A stretch of DNA of 64,000 bases from Eledone cirrhosa (taxonomy: Eukaryota): assembly GCA_964016885.1 (NCBI GenBank), contig OZ024743.1:22816001-22880000 (forward strand), written 5' to 3'. This document shows, one piece after another, positions 41,362 to 56,270 of the stretch. A program made the position numbers and the translations under genes. The notes under the pieces were generated by a model, which did not search any database, had not been told where the DNA came from, and was given only the letters and a program-made list of their open reading frames with translations. Position 1 is the first letter of the stretch. Every line of letters begins with the position of its first letter.

Positions 41362-43134
41362 TCAAATAATAGCAGTAGATTGTATTCCCATATTATATTA
41401 TGAAAATGTTCACAAACGTAACGATTTTGTGGTTTTTTATCTTCAAAATTTCATGAGGAATGCTTGAGAAATGTTGCTTTACTTTTCATAAACTCTAAAT
41501 ATGCGCTCTATTTAAAACTCTGACATTCATTTTAAAAACCAAGTAACTACGACTACTTTGGCAATATATATAGAAGGTATGAATTGTATCTCTTACTGCA
41601 ATAGAAATTCCCGTTTCAATCATATAAATCAAGTATTCAATGCATTAAAAATTCTACTGCTAATCTTATAAAATATGCTTCTATATTTTTCGTGAGCATT
41701 TTCACTTTTGCCTCAGTAATCGTCATACAAGTTCAAGATTTCAACGCCTCATTCTACGTAAATTGTGATCACAGTGATATCATATCAACATTCTTTCACA
41801 GGTGACTATCAATTTACACATGTACATCAAATAAGACATGTAGTTTCATTTGTACTTCTAGTTGCTTGTGTGACTACACATTGTTTCTTTGTTGGGTGGA
41901 GGGGCGGAATATACACACACACAATGTACATATGTATGCCAATGTATATATATATATATATTGCTTTGTTTTGTGTGCTTTTGTGTGTAATATTTTAGTA
42001 TAATATAGAGAATTACAACTCTGTAGAACTCTATATCAACAAGTTTCGTTACAAATATACGCACACGCACACACACACACACACACACGCGCGCGTGCGC
42101 TCTACATATATGCATATATAGAAACACCGATTTATGCTCCAATATTCAAAAGCTGGGATCCGTAATAAAAAGAAAGAACAAAATCATTGGAGTTTTCCAG
42201 ATGAAATACAATGAGGCTATTCTTATCTAAACAACTTTGAAATCGAAATGGCGGAAACAACTGATTTTATGGCATAATTTATCATTCTCATAGACTTTGT
42301 ACAAATGCCATGACTGGAATTATAGATACAGTTTGGTGAGATTAATACGAGTAATGTTCAATATAATCTTTTTAAAGAATTAGGTGAGGGGAGAACATTT
42401 GAAGAGGAGGTTCGCCTAGAAACGTTGCCACTCTTATATGGATAATGTGTCCCCGTCCCTTGTTGAAAATTCTTAAATGAACGCGTTTTCAATTCCTTTA
42501 TGTTTCAGTTCATATACTTATCCTTGGTTTGATGGGATTAACAAATTTTCTTTGGTTATCATCTATGGAATTTCCCCCAGCCATGGAGGATGTACCACTT
42601 ACATAGACAACAATTATTTTAATGAAATATGTAGAGTAGAAATTAAAGAAACAATTCAGTTGGACATACATTAAAGAAAGAAGAGTCTTTTTTTCTTTCT
42701 AATAGTTTTTTCAGAGATAGGAAATCACTACTTATTGTTTGCTGCAAAGGCAAGTTTTGCGTCAGAAGATCAAATTAACCTCCAATTAGAGGTCTGGTCT
42801 TAATTCTGACGCACAAAGGACTTCGCTAGAGACACACAAGGCCTAATGCTGCTAATAAGCCAGGCGAGGGATTAAATCTACCACTCGAGTGTAAATCAAA
42901 GACATAAGAGGGTTATGTATACATAGTCCCTTCTGCGTGCATATAGACATACATGTATACACAGAATCGTTCACACATGGAATATTTTAATTACGCCAAT
43001 AGGAGGATATATTCATGTGTAAGGTAAACGTTTGTGTGTCGCATATGTATATATATATTGTTTTTAATTTGAGTATATGAGGAGATTTGGCTAGAAATGT
43101 TGCCACTATTATACATATATACATACATTTATAT

Positions 43135-43189
<55 letters not shown>

Positions 43190-43225
43190 TTAGTAATAAT
43201 AATTATGAAGACCAATATATATATG

Positions 43226-43260
<35 letters not shown>

Positions 43261-44181
43261 GGGGGGGGTATATGAAGGTATATAAACGTATATAATACGC
43301 TCACACAATAAACATATGTCTTCGTATAGACCTCTATTATGCTTATACACTGCCTTAGTGCTACAGTCAACAATATATATATATATATATATGTGTGTGT
43401 GACAGAGAGTGTGTGTGTGTGTGTATATGTATATGTATGTGTGTGTGTGTGTGTTTACATACGTGCTTTCAAATCTACATGTTCCAAATGCTTTTCATAA
43501 TTAGACTAAAAGTGAATCTATGTTTATGTTTGGAATTACTTATATAAATGCCTCCCTATACATATATAGAGAGATTTGTAATGAAGTGTATGTATGTAAG
43601 TAGGCGTGTATGTGTGTGTGAGAGAACATGTAAGCATGTGTGTATGTATGTGTGTGCCGCAGAGAATGCATGTGTTATACGAATGTGTGAGGATGAGTAT
43701 TCTGTGTGTGAATATATGCGTATAATTGGGTGTATTTCTATTCTCTTTTATTGTACATACGTTTACGATTTGGCTAATGTGTTGAGGTACATGTATTATA
43801 CTATCTGTAAATCTACTTTTGTAAATGAAGTTTGTATACTGACGTTCTTTTCTTACATGTAAACTCATCCTCAACTATTCTCTAACAGAGAACGAAGGAC
43901 AACCTCGGATAGAGATATGAACTCTCCTCTCTAAATATGTATGTAAAAACTAATAATTTCTCTTCCACATTTTATTATTATTCGTATAAATATGACTGCA
44001 CTTTACAACCCCGCCGCTGAAAAAGCATATAATACTGAAACTTTTAAATGCGGAAATACCCACTTTATAAATAAATGTTTTGATATTATATTGAAAAAAT
44101 CCCTCCAGCATTTTCTACTGAATTATTTTCCTTTTTACTATTTGTTTATATATATCAACTAGTGTGTTACTTTTCTATATT

Positions 44182-44259
<78 letters not shown>

Positions 44260-44344
44260 ATGATGATTTCTTTTAAATGAAACAGTTCTAGCCTTTAGAA
44301 TCCATTTCCATGATAAACATGATATATATATATATAGAGAGAGA

Positions 44345-44458
<114 letters not shown>

Positions 44459-44477
44459 TAGCGTGTTCAGAGGTCGA

Positions 44478-44656
44478 AGATAGTTAAAGAAGATTAGTCC
44501 AGCCCCGCTTTTTGGAACACTTCAAAAGGCATGCTTGCTGGAAACAGCAAGAACCCTCCGATACGTCTTGAATGTCTGAGGCTGCAGGTAGTGGCTTGAT
44601 ATTCATTTCAACAAACCTTCCAGTTAAATAACATCAATGACTGAGATTCAAAGAAC
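44478..44656 (+). mobile_element. Short 3'-end copy of R4/Dong-clade LINE
   Basis: Close match to 46047-46225; followed by (CAA)(TAA)n. Confidence 0.85.
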
Positions 44657-44665
44657 AACAACAAC

Positions 44666-44757
<92 letters not shown>

Positions 44758-44760
<3 letters not shown>

Positions 44761-46225
44761 TAATGGACACTGTCCGTATTTTCAGCAGTGATATATGTAT
44801 GCAATTTGGTATTAGTAAGTGTGGAGTCCTTGTGATGAAGAGGGGTAAATTGAGCAGAAGCAACGGAATCCAGGTACCAACAGGTGAGATGATAAAGGAA
44901 ATTGACACTGAAGAAGGATACAAATATTTAGGTGTTCTGGAGGCAGATGACATCAAGAACAAAAAAAAATGAAGGAATTGGTAAGATCTGAGTACATTAG
45001 GAGAGTAAGGAGCGTATTAAAATCACATCTGAACAGTAGGAATGTCATAAGTGCAGTGAATTCCCGAGCTGTGTCTATTATTAGGTACAGTGCGGGAATT
45101 CTGAAATGGAATGTTGCTGAACAAAAAGAAATGGATAGGAAGACTAGGAAGCTATTGACTATCTACAACATGTTCCACAAGAGGAGTGATGTCGATAGAC
45201 TCTACTTAAGGAGATCTGAAGGTGGAAGAGGTCTTATCAGCACAGAGGACTGTGTTCAGATGGAGAAAACAACCTACACAAATACGTGACTGACAGTAGG
45301 GAGCCAATGCTCAGAATTGTACTGAAGGAGAGAACAATAGACCAGGGGATGTCCAAGGAGGAAATAACAACAAGGAGGAAGAGCAACCTTCATGAAAAAT
45401 CCCTAATAGTACCTTCTTTGAGAAAACTGAATTTAGAGATCCACAGACATGGAACTGTTTCAAAAGAGGAGACCTTAAAAAGGCTATAGAAGGAATGCCA
45501 ATGGCTGCGCAAGAGCATGCCCTCAAACCGAAGTGGGTGAAACACCATATTTACAAGGAGGAGGCTAGTCCACTGTGTAGCATCTGTGGCGAGAGAGAGG
45601 AGACTGTGGCTCACATTGTATCCGAGTGTAAACACTTAGCCCAGACTCACTATAAAGGCTGGAGACATGATGTGATGGGCAGGGTGATCCACTGGCACCT
45701 ATGCAAAGTAAACAATTTACTACATTCTGAGAAGTGGTATGAGCATAAGCCAGAGTCGGTGATAGAAAACGATCAGGTAAAGGTGCTGTGGGATTTTAGG
45801 ATACAGACGGACAAGAAACTGGAACACAATAGACCTGACCTGGTGGTGTTGGACAAGGAAAAAAGATCGTGCCTGATTGTGGATGTGGCCTGCCCATTCG
45901 ACACGAGAATGCAAGAGAAGGAGAGGGAGAAAATTAACCGATACCAGGACTTAAAGTGGGAGTTAAAAAGGATTTGGAACTGCTATGAAGTCAAAGTGGT
46001 CCCGATTGTCATAGGTGCACTAGGTACAATCTCAAAGAGTTTCCAAGGATGGTTAAAGAAAATTGGCCTCGCCCCACTTTTTGGAACACTTCAAAAGGCA
46101 TACTTGCTGGGAACAGCAAGAATCCTCCGATACCTCCTGAATATCTGAGGCTGCAGGTAGTGGCTTGATATTCATTTCAACAAACTTTCCAGTTAACTAA
46201 CATCAATGACTGAGACTCAAAGAAC
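44758..46225 (+). mobile_element. 5'-truncated R4/Dong-clade LINE (RT C-terminus, CCHC finger, restriction-like endonuclease), frameshifted
   Basis: FGISKC, YKYLGV, RLYLRRSEGGRGL, CSICGEREETVAHIVSEC, RHD, NRPDLVVLDK..IVDVACPFD, EKINRYQDL, VVPIVIGALG; (TAA)n on both sides. Confidence 0.9.
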
Positions 46226-46254
46226 AATAATAATAATAATAATAATAATATCGT

Positions 46255-46720
46255 GTTGGGAGTGTTTGGGTTGGGAAAATGCGTAGAAGCAACATTCAAG
46301 AAAGGCAGAATGACAATGGAAATAGATGTGTATACATTAATTAAGGAACTAGAACAGAGACAAATCTATAGATATCTAGGGATCAATGAAGGCCAAGGTA
46401 TTCACCACGCTAACATGAAAGAGAGCGTTAGAAAGGAATACTAACAGAGCGTTCGAGCTGCCTTGAAAACTGAGCTCAACTCAAGGAATAAAATATCTGC
46501 CATAAATTCCCTTGCAATCACAGTTGTTGCCTATAGTTTTAATATCATAAATTGGAACGTTAATGAAATAAAGAAAATGGACACCAAAATCTGGAGACTT
46601 CTGACCTGCATCACCCAAAAGCAGATGTGGATTGCATCTACCTTCCTAGACAAAACACAGGTAGAAGAATTATACAACTTAAGCTGTCATGAAAAATATC
46701 AACCATTCGACTCGAACAAT
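46255..46720 (+). mobile_element. Internal fragment of a different R4/Dong-clade family
   Basis: FGLGKC, YRYLGINE, KTELNSRNKISAINSLA..YSFNIINW. Confidence 0.75.
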
Positions 46721-48314
46721 AATAATAATGGTTTCTTATTTAGGCACAAGAACAGGGGAGAGAAACTCGTTTATATGGAGCCCACTATTTGACCGGAACT
46801 TTAATTTTTCGACCCCCGAGCGGAATAAGGGCAATGTAGACCTAGACGGGATTTGAACTCAGAGCACAGAGGGCACTTTATCCAACACTTTAACATTCAT
46901 TTCTGTCATTCCATAAGGCTAGAAATTCACTCTCAACCTTCTTCTCACACAAATACCTATAATACAACATAATTGTCTAAAACAAATATCTTAAGCAGTT
47001 TTCATGAAACATTTTACTACTAAAAGCTACACTAAAACCAATATGATACATTCTGTACTTTGAAGAAGAAATATGGTTATTGCTCAAAAACCATGTACAA
47101 TTTGTTACGTTTTAAATAATCGTGATTCAATGTTATTACAAAGACTATATATTTAAAATATTTACATCATATTTTTAATTTTCGTTTTTGTGAAATGTTT
47201 GCAGGACCTCTGTAAGAGAGACAGGAGACATGGTTCAAATGCTTTAAATATTCCTTGCTAAATCTACTCAAGATATAGATGTGTGGTGCTGATGAACTAC
47301 GTGAAGAATTACGTTTCGTACCCAGAGTGTCTTTGGCCTAATGAACCACAACGTATTTATATCATGATTGCAATATCAACATAAACGCAGACAGTGGTTA
47401 GAGTGAATATGAAAGATTTAAAAAATAAGCAGAATTTGAAAGTCATTTCACATGCCTTGTGACAACTAGAAAATCAAGGTCCAAATTCCATCTGATTTAT
47501 TTTAGTTAATAATATAATATATATATGAAAGGAAGAAAACAAATAATCTCCCAAAAAATGAAAACCCGGGAAATATGTGGCGTTAATAAGGGTAGAGAGC
47601 AAAGTAAAAATTGCTTTGAAGTTGTTTTTGCTATCTATAATGTCGGTAAGTCAATTCATGTAACACCACATACATTATTCTAAGTGGAAAGCAATAACAC
47701 GTCTCGTAATAATGGGTTCTAAATTAGGCACAAAGCCAAAAAATTTAGCCTGGGTGGCGAATCGATTAAACCACCTCCAGTATTTGAATACTATTTCCGT
47801 TTATCGACCCAGAAGGATAAGAGGCAACCTTGACCTCGGCAAGATTGGAATGCAGAGCGCAATAAGCCGTAACTAAATGTAACGAAGCATTTTGCCCAAG
47901 ACTCTAACGATTCTGCCATTCTATTGTTCTTCATCTCACAATAATAGTGATTACAATAATTTAAGTATTTGTGTTTAAATATCAGTTTATTTTACAGAAG
48001 ATAATGTAAGCAAATTTTTACGTACTAAATTTGTCCAACCTAAATTAATCTAGCTGTTTTTGTTTCTTTAAAGAAATTTGATGAATATAAGGAGAAATAA
48101 TTTACCACAGGAAACTAGTAGTTACGTAAATGGCGCTTATTTTACAATGTACATATTATTTTAAATGATATATATCATATATATATGTATATATATTGTT
48201 ATACTTTTAGAGAGACATTGTGCCAATAAAAACACATGCACCTGTTGGTTTCACTTCAATTTATTATAAATTTCCGGTTGGTTGGTTCAGTAACTGGATG
48301 GTTGTTTATATATT

Positions 48315-48356
48315 GTCAAAGTTCTTTCGTCACACATTCGGTGACCTCCTCAGTGA
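48315..48356 (-). ncRNA. Minimal hammerhead, relative of 10640-10684
   Basis: Minus strand: TCA-CTGAGGA-g-GTCAC(cgaatgt)GTGAC-GAAA-GAAC-TT-TGA; stem II kept while the loop differs. Confidence 0.65.
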
Positions 48357-48590
48357 AACAACGCACAAAACAATATGGTGTAGGAAAGAACTTAGGAGAG
48401 ACACAATTTAACCTAACAACAAACGCTTTGATAATCCAACAGGGAGAAAGCAGGCTTTAGTAACATCATTTTTTCTATATGTTATAAAGATCCTTTATAT
48501 ATATATATATACCAGGTGCACTTTTCAAATCCACTTTTTTTATTACCATTTTCCTTATATAACGTGATCTGTAAAGAACATATTCCAACG

Positions 48591-48652
<62 letters not shown>

Positions 48653-48696
48653 GAGAGAGAGAACCTTACTCCCTTTTCAAATATATATATATATAT

Positions 48697-48936
48697 GATT
48701 AGTTACAACAGTATCATATACAGGTACTTAAGTTTCGTTGGGTTATGCACCCCAACTAATTCAGCTTGTTATATAACGAAAGGACTTTCTTTATATAGCA
48801 CGCTGTATGAGTTGGGGTGGATAACCCAACGAAACTTAACTACCTGAATATGTCACTGTTTAACTAATTATACTTAACTTATTCTATGAACTGAGTACTC
48901 TTACCCTTGAATGTTTCTGCTAAACTTAAACTACAG
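48697..48936 (+). mobile_element. Diverged fold-back with HHR-like motif in both arms and a 3' tail
   Basis: Arms about 48697-48780 and 48787-48870; GTTGGG..CCCAAC-GAAA-CTTAAG-TA; tail 48871-48936. Confidence 0.7.
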
Positions 48937-48957
48937 TATATATATATATATATATAT

Positions 48958-49148
48958 GAAAATGTTTAACCCCGACGGTAGAGCTCAAGCCATTTCGACG
49001 GCTATTTCTGAGTCCAGAAATAGCCGTCGAAACGGCTTGAGCTCTGCCGCCGGGGTTATACATTTTCCTATTACCCACTCTACTACCCTAAGTATTGAGT
49101 ACTCTGGTGTGTTATGGTCCATCTGGTTCCTTACCGCACCTCCTTCGT

Positions 49149-49150
<2 letters not shown>
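48958..49150 (+). mobile_element. Short fold-back copy of the abundant HHR family
   Basis: Fold-back junction near 49011; tail ending CCTTCGTTATATA. Confidence 0.8.
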
Positions 49151-49232
<82 letters not shown>

Positions 49233-49378
49233 ACCGAAGAAGGGCTTAAGACCGACACGTTGAATTTTCTTTCCTCATTCCAATATAAAGCGTGAAACTA
49301 ATAATACTTTTTGTACCTCTGTTTGTTGTCTCCTTGAACTCTATATATGTATATATATATATATACACACACACATAC

Positions 49379-49503
<125 letters not shown>

Positions 49504-50102
49504 CATACATATATTATATATATACGCACACAGACACAGACACACACATACACACACATATATTATATATATATATAAACATTTGGAAAGTAATCGATAT
49601 AGAGAACAAAATTGTAGATTTAAATTTAATTGTTTCTACTTTAGGCACAAGGCCAGCAATAACCCAGTGCATTACTGGTACTTTATTAATGAAACGTTTC
49701 ATTGCTGACAGTGCAGTGTTGACAGTAATATAAGTGTTAGAGAGGGATAATAGTAGTATTAGATTGCGGACTAGATGATTTTGAATTAGTTACGTATAAG
49801 TTTTAGTTCCGTTCTATTTTGTGGAAGTAAATGAAGTGATTTAACTGCCGTATGTCTAACGGAAGTACTTTTTGTTGTTGTTTGTGTGTGAGTATGAGTG
49901 TGAGTATGTATGCGCGTGTGAGTGTGAGTATGAGTGTGAGTATGTCTGTGTGTGTGTATGTGAGTATGCGTATGAGTTTGTGTGGGTATGTGTGTGTGTT
50001 GTGTGTAGCAGTGAGGTGCTTGCAAGTTATATTGATATGGAAACTTTTACATTTTATTGTTTCTTGCTATTTCATTTCTATTGTTTCTTGCTATTTCATC
50101 TC

Positions 50103-50178
<76 letters not shown>

Positions 50179-50362
50179 TCTCTCATGTTACTGAGGTATC
50201 TCTCCCACTCTCTCTCTCTCTCTCTATCTCTCTTGTTATCTCTCTCTCACACTCTCTCTTTATCTCTCTCTCTCTCTCTCTTTCGTGTTACTGAGCTGCC
50301 TCTCTCACTCTCGCTTTATCTAACTTCCTCTCTTTCCCGCCCTCTTTATCTCACACACACAC

Positions 50363-50429
<67 letters not shown>

Positions 50430-50784
50430 CTTTCATGTTACTGATATATTATCTTCCCAGAGTGCTACGTCGTTTTTTGCTCCCTCACACACAGGATAAA
50501 TTAAGATTAAACAAGCCGAAAACACTACTAAGCATTGTTCAAAGATGGATTTAGTTTTTGGCTTTTCGGAAGAAACCAATAATACAAGCTTGTGTTTGTA
50601 AACGATGCTGATAATATGAGAATAAGGGGTAGGAGATGTTCGAGAAAGATTTTTCTATGTGTGTTGCGATTCCGAGGCGCCCAGCTTGTGACACCCTGCA
50701 AGACGGTGATGAGGATACATATATATACATGACACACATACATCTATTTAACTATATAATGTATATATATATAGTCACACACAA

Positions 50785-50815
<31 letters not shown>

Positions 50816-50834
50816 CACACTCACTCACACGAAT

Positions 50835-50915
<81 letters not shown>

Positions 50916-50920
50916 CATAC

Positions 50921-50954
<34 letters not shown>

Positions 50955-51465
50955 ATGTGTGTGTGTGTATGTATAAATATGTGTGTGTGTGTGTGTGTGT
51001 GTTTGTGCATCGTTTATGAATTCCAAACATTTCCTTGTGAGATTATTGACGTTATCTCCCTTGCTTTTTGTTATCTAAATTATAAACAGCCCCTATGGAC
51101 AGTTATCGTCTAATTATTGTAAGGATAACCACCATAAATCGAACATTTTCAACTCAATACATTATTTACTGAGACACTACCGTATGTATATTGAGTATGC
51201 AGACCGCATCATAAGGTTATTCTTTCCCAGCCCCATCAACTTAGATATGTTTAATGGCAATAAAACTTAGCTTTGTCCTGTTATGTTCTAATAGAAAAAT
51301 CCTATTCTTGATATGGATAGCACTATATACTGAATTAAATTGGACTGACTCCTTCACACTGAGAAGTGGAAACACACACACGCACACACACACACATATA
51401 TATATATATATTATAAAGAGTCGGGACCCAACGGCTGTGCTCTTGCTATTTCAACCATCCTGATA

Positions 51466-51816
<351 letters not shown>

Positions 51817-51837
51817 TATATATATATATATATATAT

Positions 51838-52385
<548 letters not shown>

Positions 52386-52578
52386 CGCGCGCGTGTGTGA
52401 GCGCGTGTGTGTGTGAGAGTGTGTGTCTATAGAGGAAAAACACAGGAGAATGTGTTTTCATTTACAGGATTTATAAGACCACTAGCGTGAAGAAAAATAA
52501 GCTGCGAAAGGATAAATTAAAATGAATAAACCAACGTCATAACTAAATCACACGAGTCCTTTACTCCGATGCTTTACT

Positions 52579-52663
<85 letters not shown>

Positions 52664-52788
52664 AGTTCTATTTAAATTGTTGGGATACAACAAGCAAATA
52701 TTTTTATAACTGATATAAAGCACTCAACAAATAATTGGAGTAAAAATACGATATTAACAAATGGAAACTATATTTATAAAACCCTATT

Positions 52789-52853
52789 TATTTCATTATA
52801 CATATTTCAAGGACACCAAAGCAAATTATGGTGCGCTTTCATCAGATAAAATA
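52789..52853 (-). ncRNA. Type I hammerhead ribozyme in the spacer of inverted-repeat element 52661-53027
   Basis: Minus strand: TATTTTAT-CTGATGA-AAGcGCACCA..TGGTGTcCTT-GAAA-TATGTA-TA-ATGAAATA. Arms about 52661-52757 and 52934-53027. Confidence 0.85.
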
Positions 52854-53025
52854 TAATATAGATAAGTTTTATAAACAAATATTGACACACCCTTAAAGAA
52901 TGCGACCATGTCGGCTGGAGGCTCACGGATAATTAATTGTATATTTACTCCAATAATTTGTTGAGTGCTTATATCAGTTATAAAAATATTTGGTTGTTGT
53001 ATTCCAACAAATTAAATATAACTTC

Positions 53026-53097
<72 letters not shown>

Positions 53098-53130
53098 CAC
53101 ACACGTACATACATGCATTTATATATATAT

Positions 53131-53171
<41 letters not shown>

Positions 53172-53446
53172 CCAACCAATCATATAGCCATATATACCTA
53201 GATAGATGCACTTATAAATACATCCATCTCTATATACATTAAATCATTACATCTATTTTTGTCGCTCCCCTAGGGTCGGTAATGCTTTCCATTTTTCAGT
53301 AATACACTCGTAGCTACTATTGATTCTATATCATATGTTATACACCAAACTTCGATTAGGTCTCTACAAAACCTTTCACCCTCTCTAGAGTTACCTTACC
53401 CGATTTAATCAAATATATCTATAGTTATCAACCATTATTTTAGTTT

Positions 53447-53623
53447 TTGGCAGTATCGGTAGAGGGTCGGACGCCATGCTTTGACGCATAGAGTTACAGC
53501 CCTTGCCATTCTCAGTTCAAATCCCGCCGAGGTCAACTTTGCCTTTCATCCTTACGGGGTCGATAAAATAAAGTACCAGTAATGTACTGGATAATTGGTG
53601 GCCTTGTGCCAAAAGTAGAAACA
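53447..53623 (+). mobile_element. tRNA-derived SINE with TSD
   Basis: ATTATTTTAGT at 53434-53444 and 53624-53634. Confidence 0.88.
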
Positions 53624-53660
53624 ATTATTTTAGTAACCCGCATCATAGGAACTATATTTT

Positions 53661-53769
<109 letters not shown>

Positions 53770-53835
53770 CAATCTTAAGCGTGAATCTATTACCTAACAC
53801 CTTTTGTAATTGTACTCCTTGTTGTTATTTACATT

Positions 53836-53902
<67 letters not shown>

Positions 53903-54369
53903 CGTATTATACATACACAAAGAAATACGTGCACTCACGTACACATACAAACACATACACATACACATACGAACACACATAATATATATACACACACAAA
54001 CACACATACACATAAATATAATTTTTGTGAGTGTTGAGCGATGGTTGTGTTGAAATATATATATATATATACAGAAGAGAGAGGGAAAGAAGGAAAGAGA
54101 GATAGATATGTGGAGAAAGGAAGGCGCATAGAAGTAAGTAGAGCTATGTAGTTGCCCAGGAGGGTAGAATTTCTAAAACAGATAAATTCTTTGATGTATG
54201 TCTCATTGCTTCTTGTGAAAGTGTTGTGCTTAATATGGTAGAGTGAGGGAAGGAGAGAAGAGAACGATAGAGTGATGTATGTGTACTATACTGTATCTGT
54301 GTGTGACTATATGTGTATGCGTGTAAACAAAAATATACACCTATTGAAATACACACACACGCACGCACG

Positions 54370-54458
<89 letters not shown>

Positions 54459-54635
54459 CTTTTTTTGTATCTTAATTTCTACTTGTGCCTTTGTAAAGGA
54501 TTGTGCGGGACTGAATGTGGACTTTCATGCTTCATGTGTGCCTATGTATAATATACACTTGTCTTACCTACATAATCATGAGAGCATATATATATATATA
54601 TAGATATAGATATATATATAGATATAGATAGATAT

Positions 54636-54747
<112 letters not shown>

Positions 54748-55487
54748 CCTACATAGTGAGAGAGGGTATGGGAGAGAAGAGAACAGAAGATACATGCTTT
54801 TTTATATATTTTGAGGGATTACATCAAGAATATTACTTCATTGGTAGTTGATGAAAAGCAAAGCTAACCTCAACAGATTTTAACATAAAGGGACGCAACT
54901 GAATACCGAAAAACATTTTGTCTGCTATTCTGCCGTTCCCCCACCCGCTTCATAATATTACTTGTTTGGTACTACATGCATAAATGGTAGATGCAAAGAT
55001 ACCATGCATAGATATGTTACATGTGTTTGTGTGGGTGATGCTATGTTTTGTATTATATTACAAATATAGTCACGGATATATATGTAAGCGTATAGACATT
55101 ACTGCATGTATGTATACGTGTGCGTTTCCCATGTGCCTGTATTTAGCAATAATATATATATAATTGTTTCTACTTTTGGCACAAGGCCAGCAATTAACCA
55201 GTGCATTACTGGTACTTTATTTTATCGACCCCGTAAGGATGAAAGGCAAAGTTAACGTCGATATATAATGATTTCTAATTTAGGCAGAAAACCAGCAAGG
55301 AAATGTAAAGAGGACTAAATCAACTACAGTACTTGACTGGTATTTTGTTTTATCGATCAAAGTCGACCTTAGTGTGATTTGAAACCAGAGTGTGAAATGC
55401 CAGAACAAATACCACAATGACATTTTATCCAATGCTCTACTAATTCAGTCAATTCACCAAAGTTATAATATATATATATACTATATA

Positions 55488-55564
55488 CAGGGTTTCCCCC
55501 AAAATGTATACACACTTCAACAGTATTCTAATAAATGTGTGTATACATTTTTGGGGACACCCTA
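55488..55564. mobile_element. Tiny Tc1/mariner-like MITE
   Basis: TIRs of about 27 bp (CAGGGT.TCCCC.AAAATGTATACACA / TGTGTATACATTTTTGGGGACACCCT) with TA on both flanks. Confidence 0.6.
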
Positions 55565-55665
55565 TATAATATAAATATATATATATAAATATATATATAT
55601 TAATATATATATATGTATAAATATATATATATATATTAATATATATATATATATATATATACATT

Positions 55666-55759
<94 letters not shown>

Positions 55760-56038
55760 GAAGTGTATGTACATGTACATATTCAAATTTATGTGCAAAA
55801 CGCACAATATTTTCTTATAACATTGCAATGGTATATGGCAGAGTTGTTATGGTGACACATGAAATAAATAGTGGCATTTGCTTCTGTTACTTATGTTCCT
55901 TCTAAATCTACTAAAGTTTATTTTGTCTTGGTGGACGATAGAAAACTCAGTATCCTTCCCACAAAAATCGAAATCTTGTGTTTTGTCAGGAATGATATAC
56001 ATGGAACTATGTGTGCATTTATGTAATTGTGTGTAAGG

Positions 56039-56143
<105 letters not shown>

Positions 56144-56270
56144 GAGATTTCCATGTATGTTTAAACATTACATAGGCACTCGTGTATAAAAAGATCTAAA
56201 ACGTATGTAACATACCAGTACAGGAAATAATGTTGAATTAAACAGAAAAGAAAAGAAAAAAACATCTTAC

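Noticed and set aside
56238-56270. C-terminal VRCFFLFFSV of the 1500-aa ORF
   Set aside because: Read-through into the intron past the GTAAGA donor.
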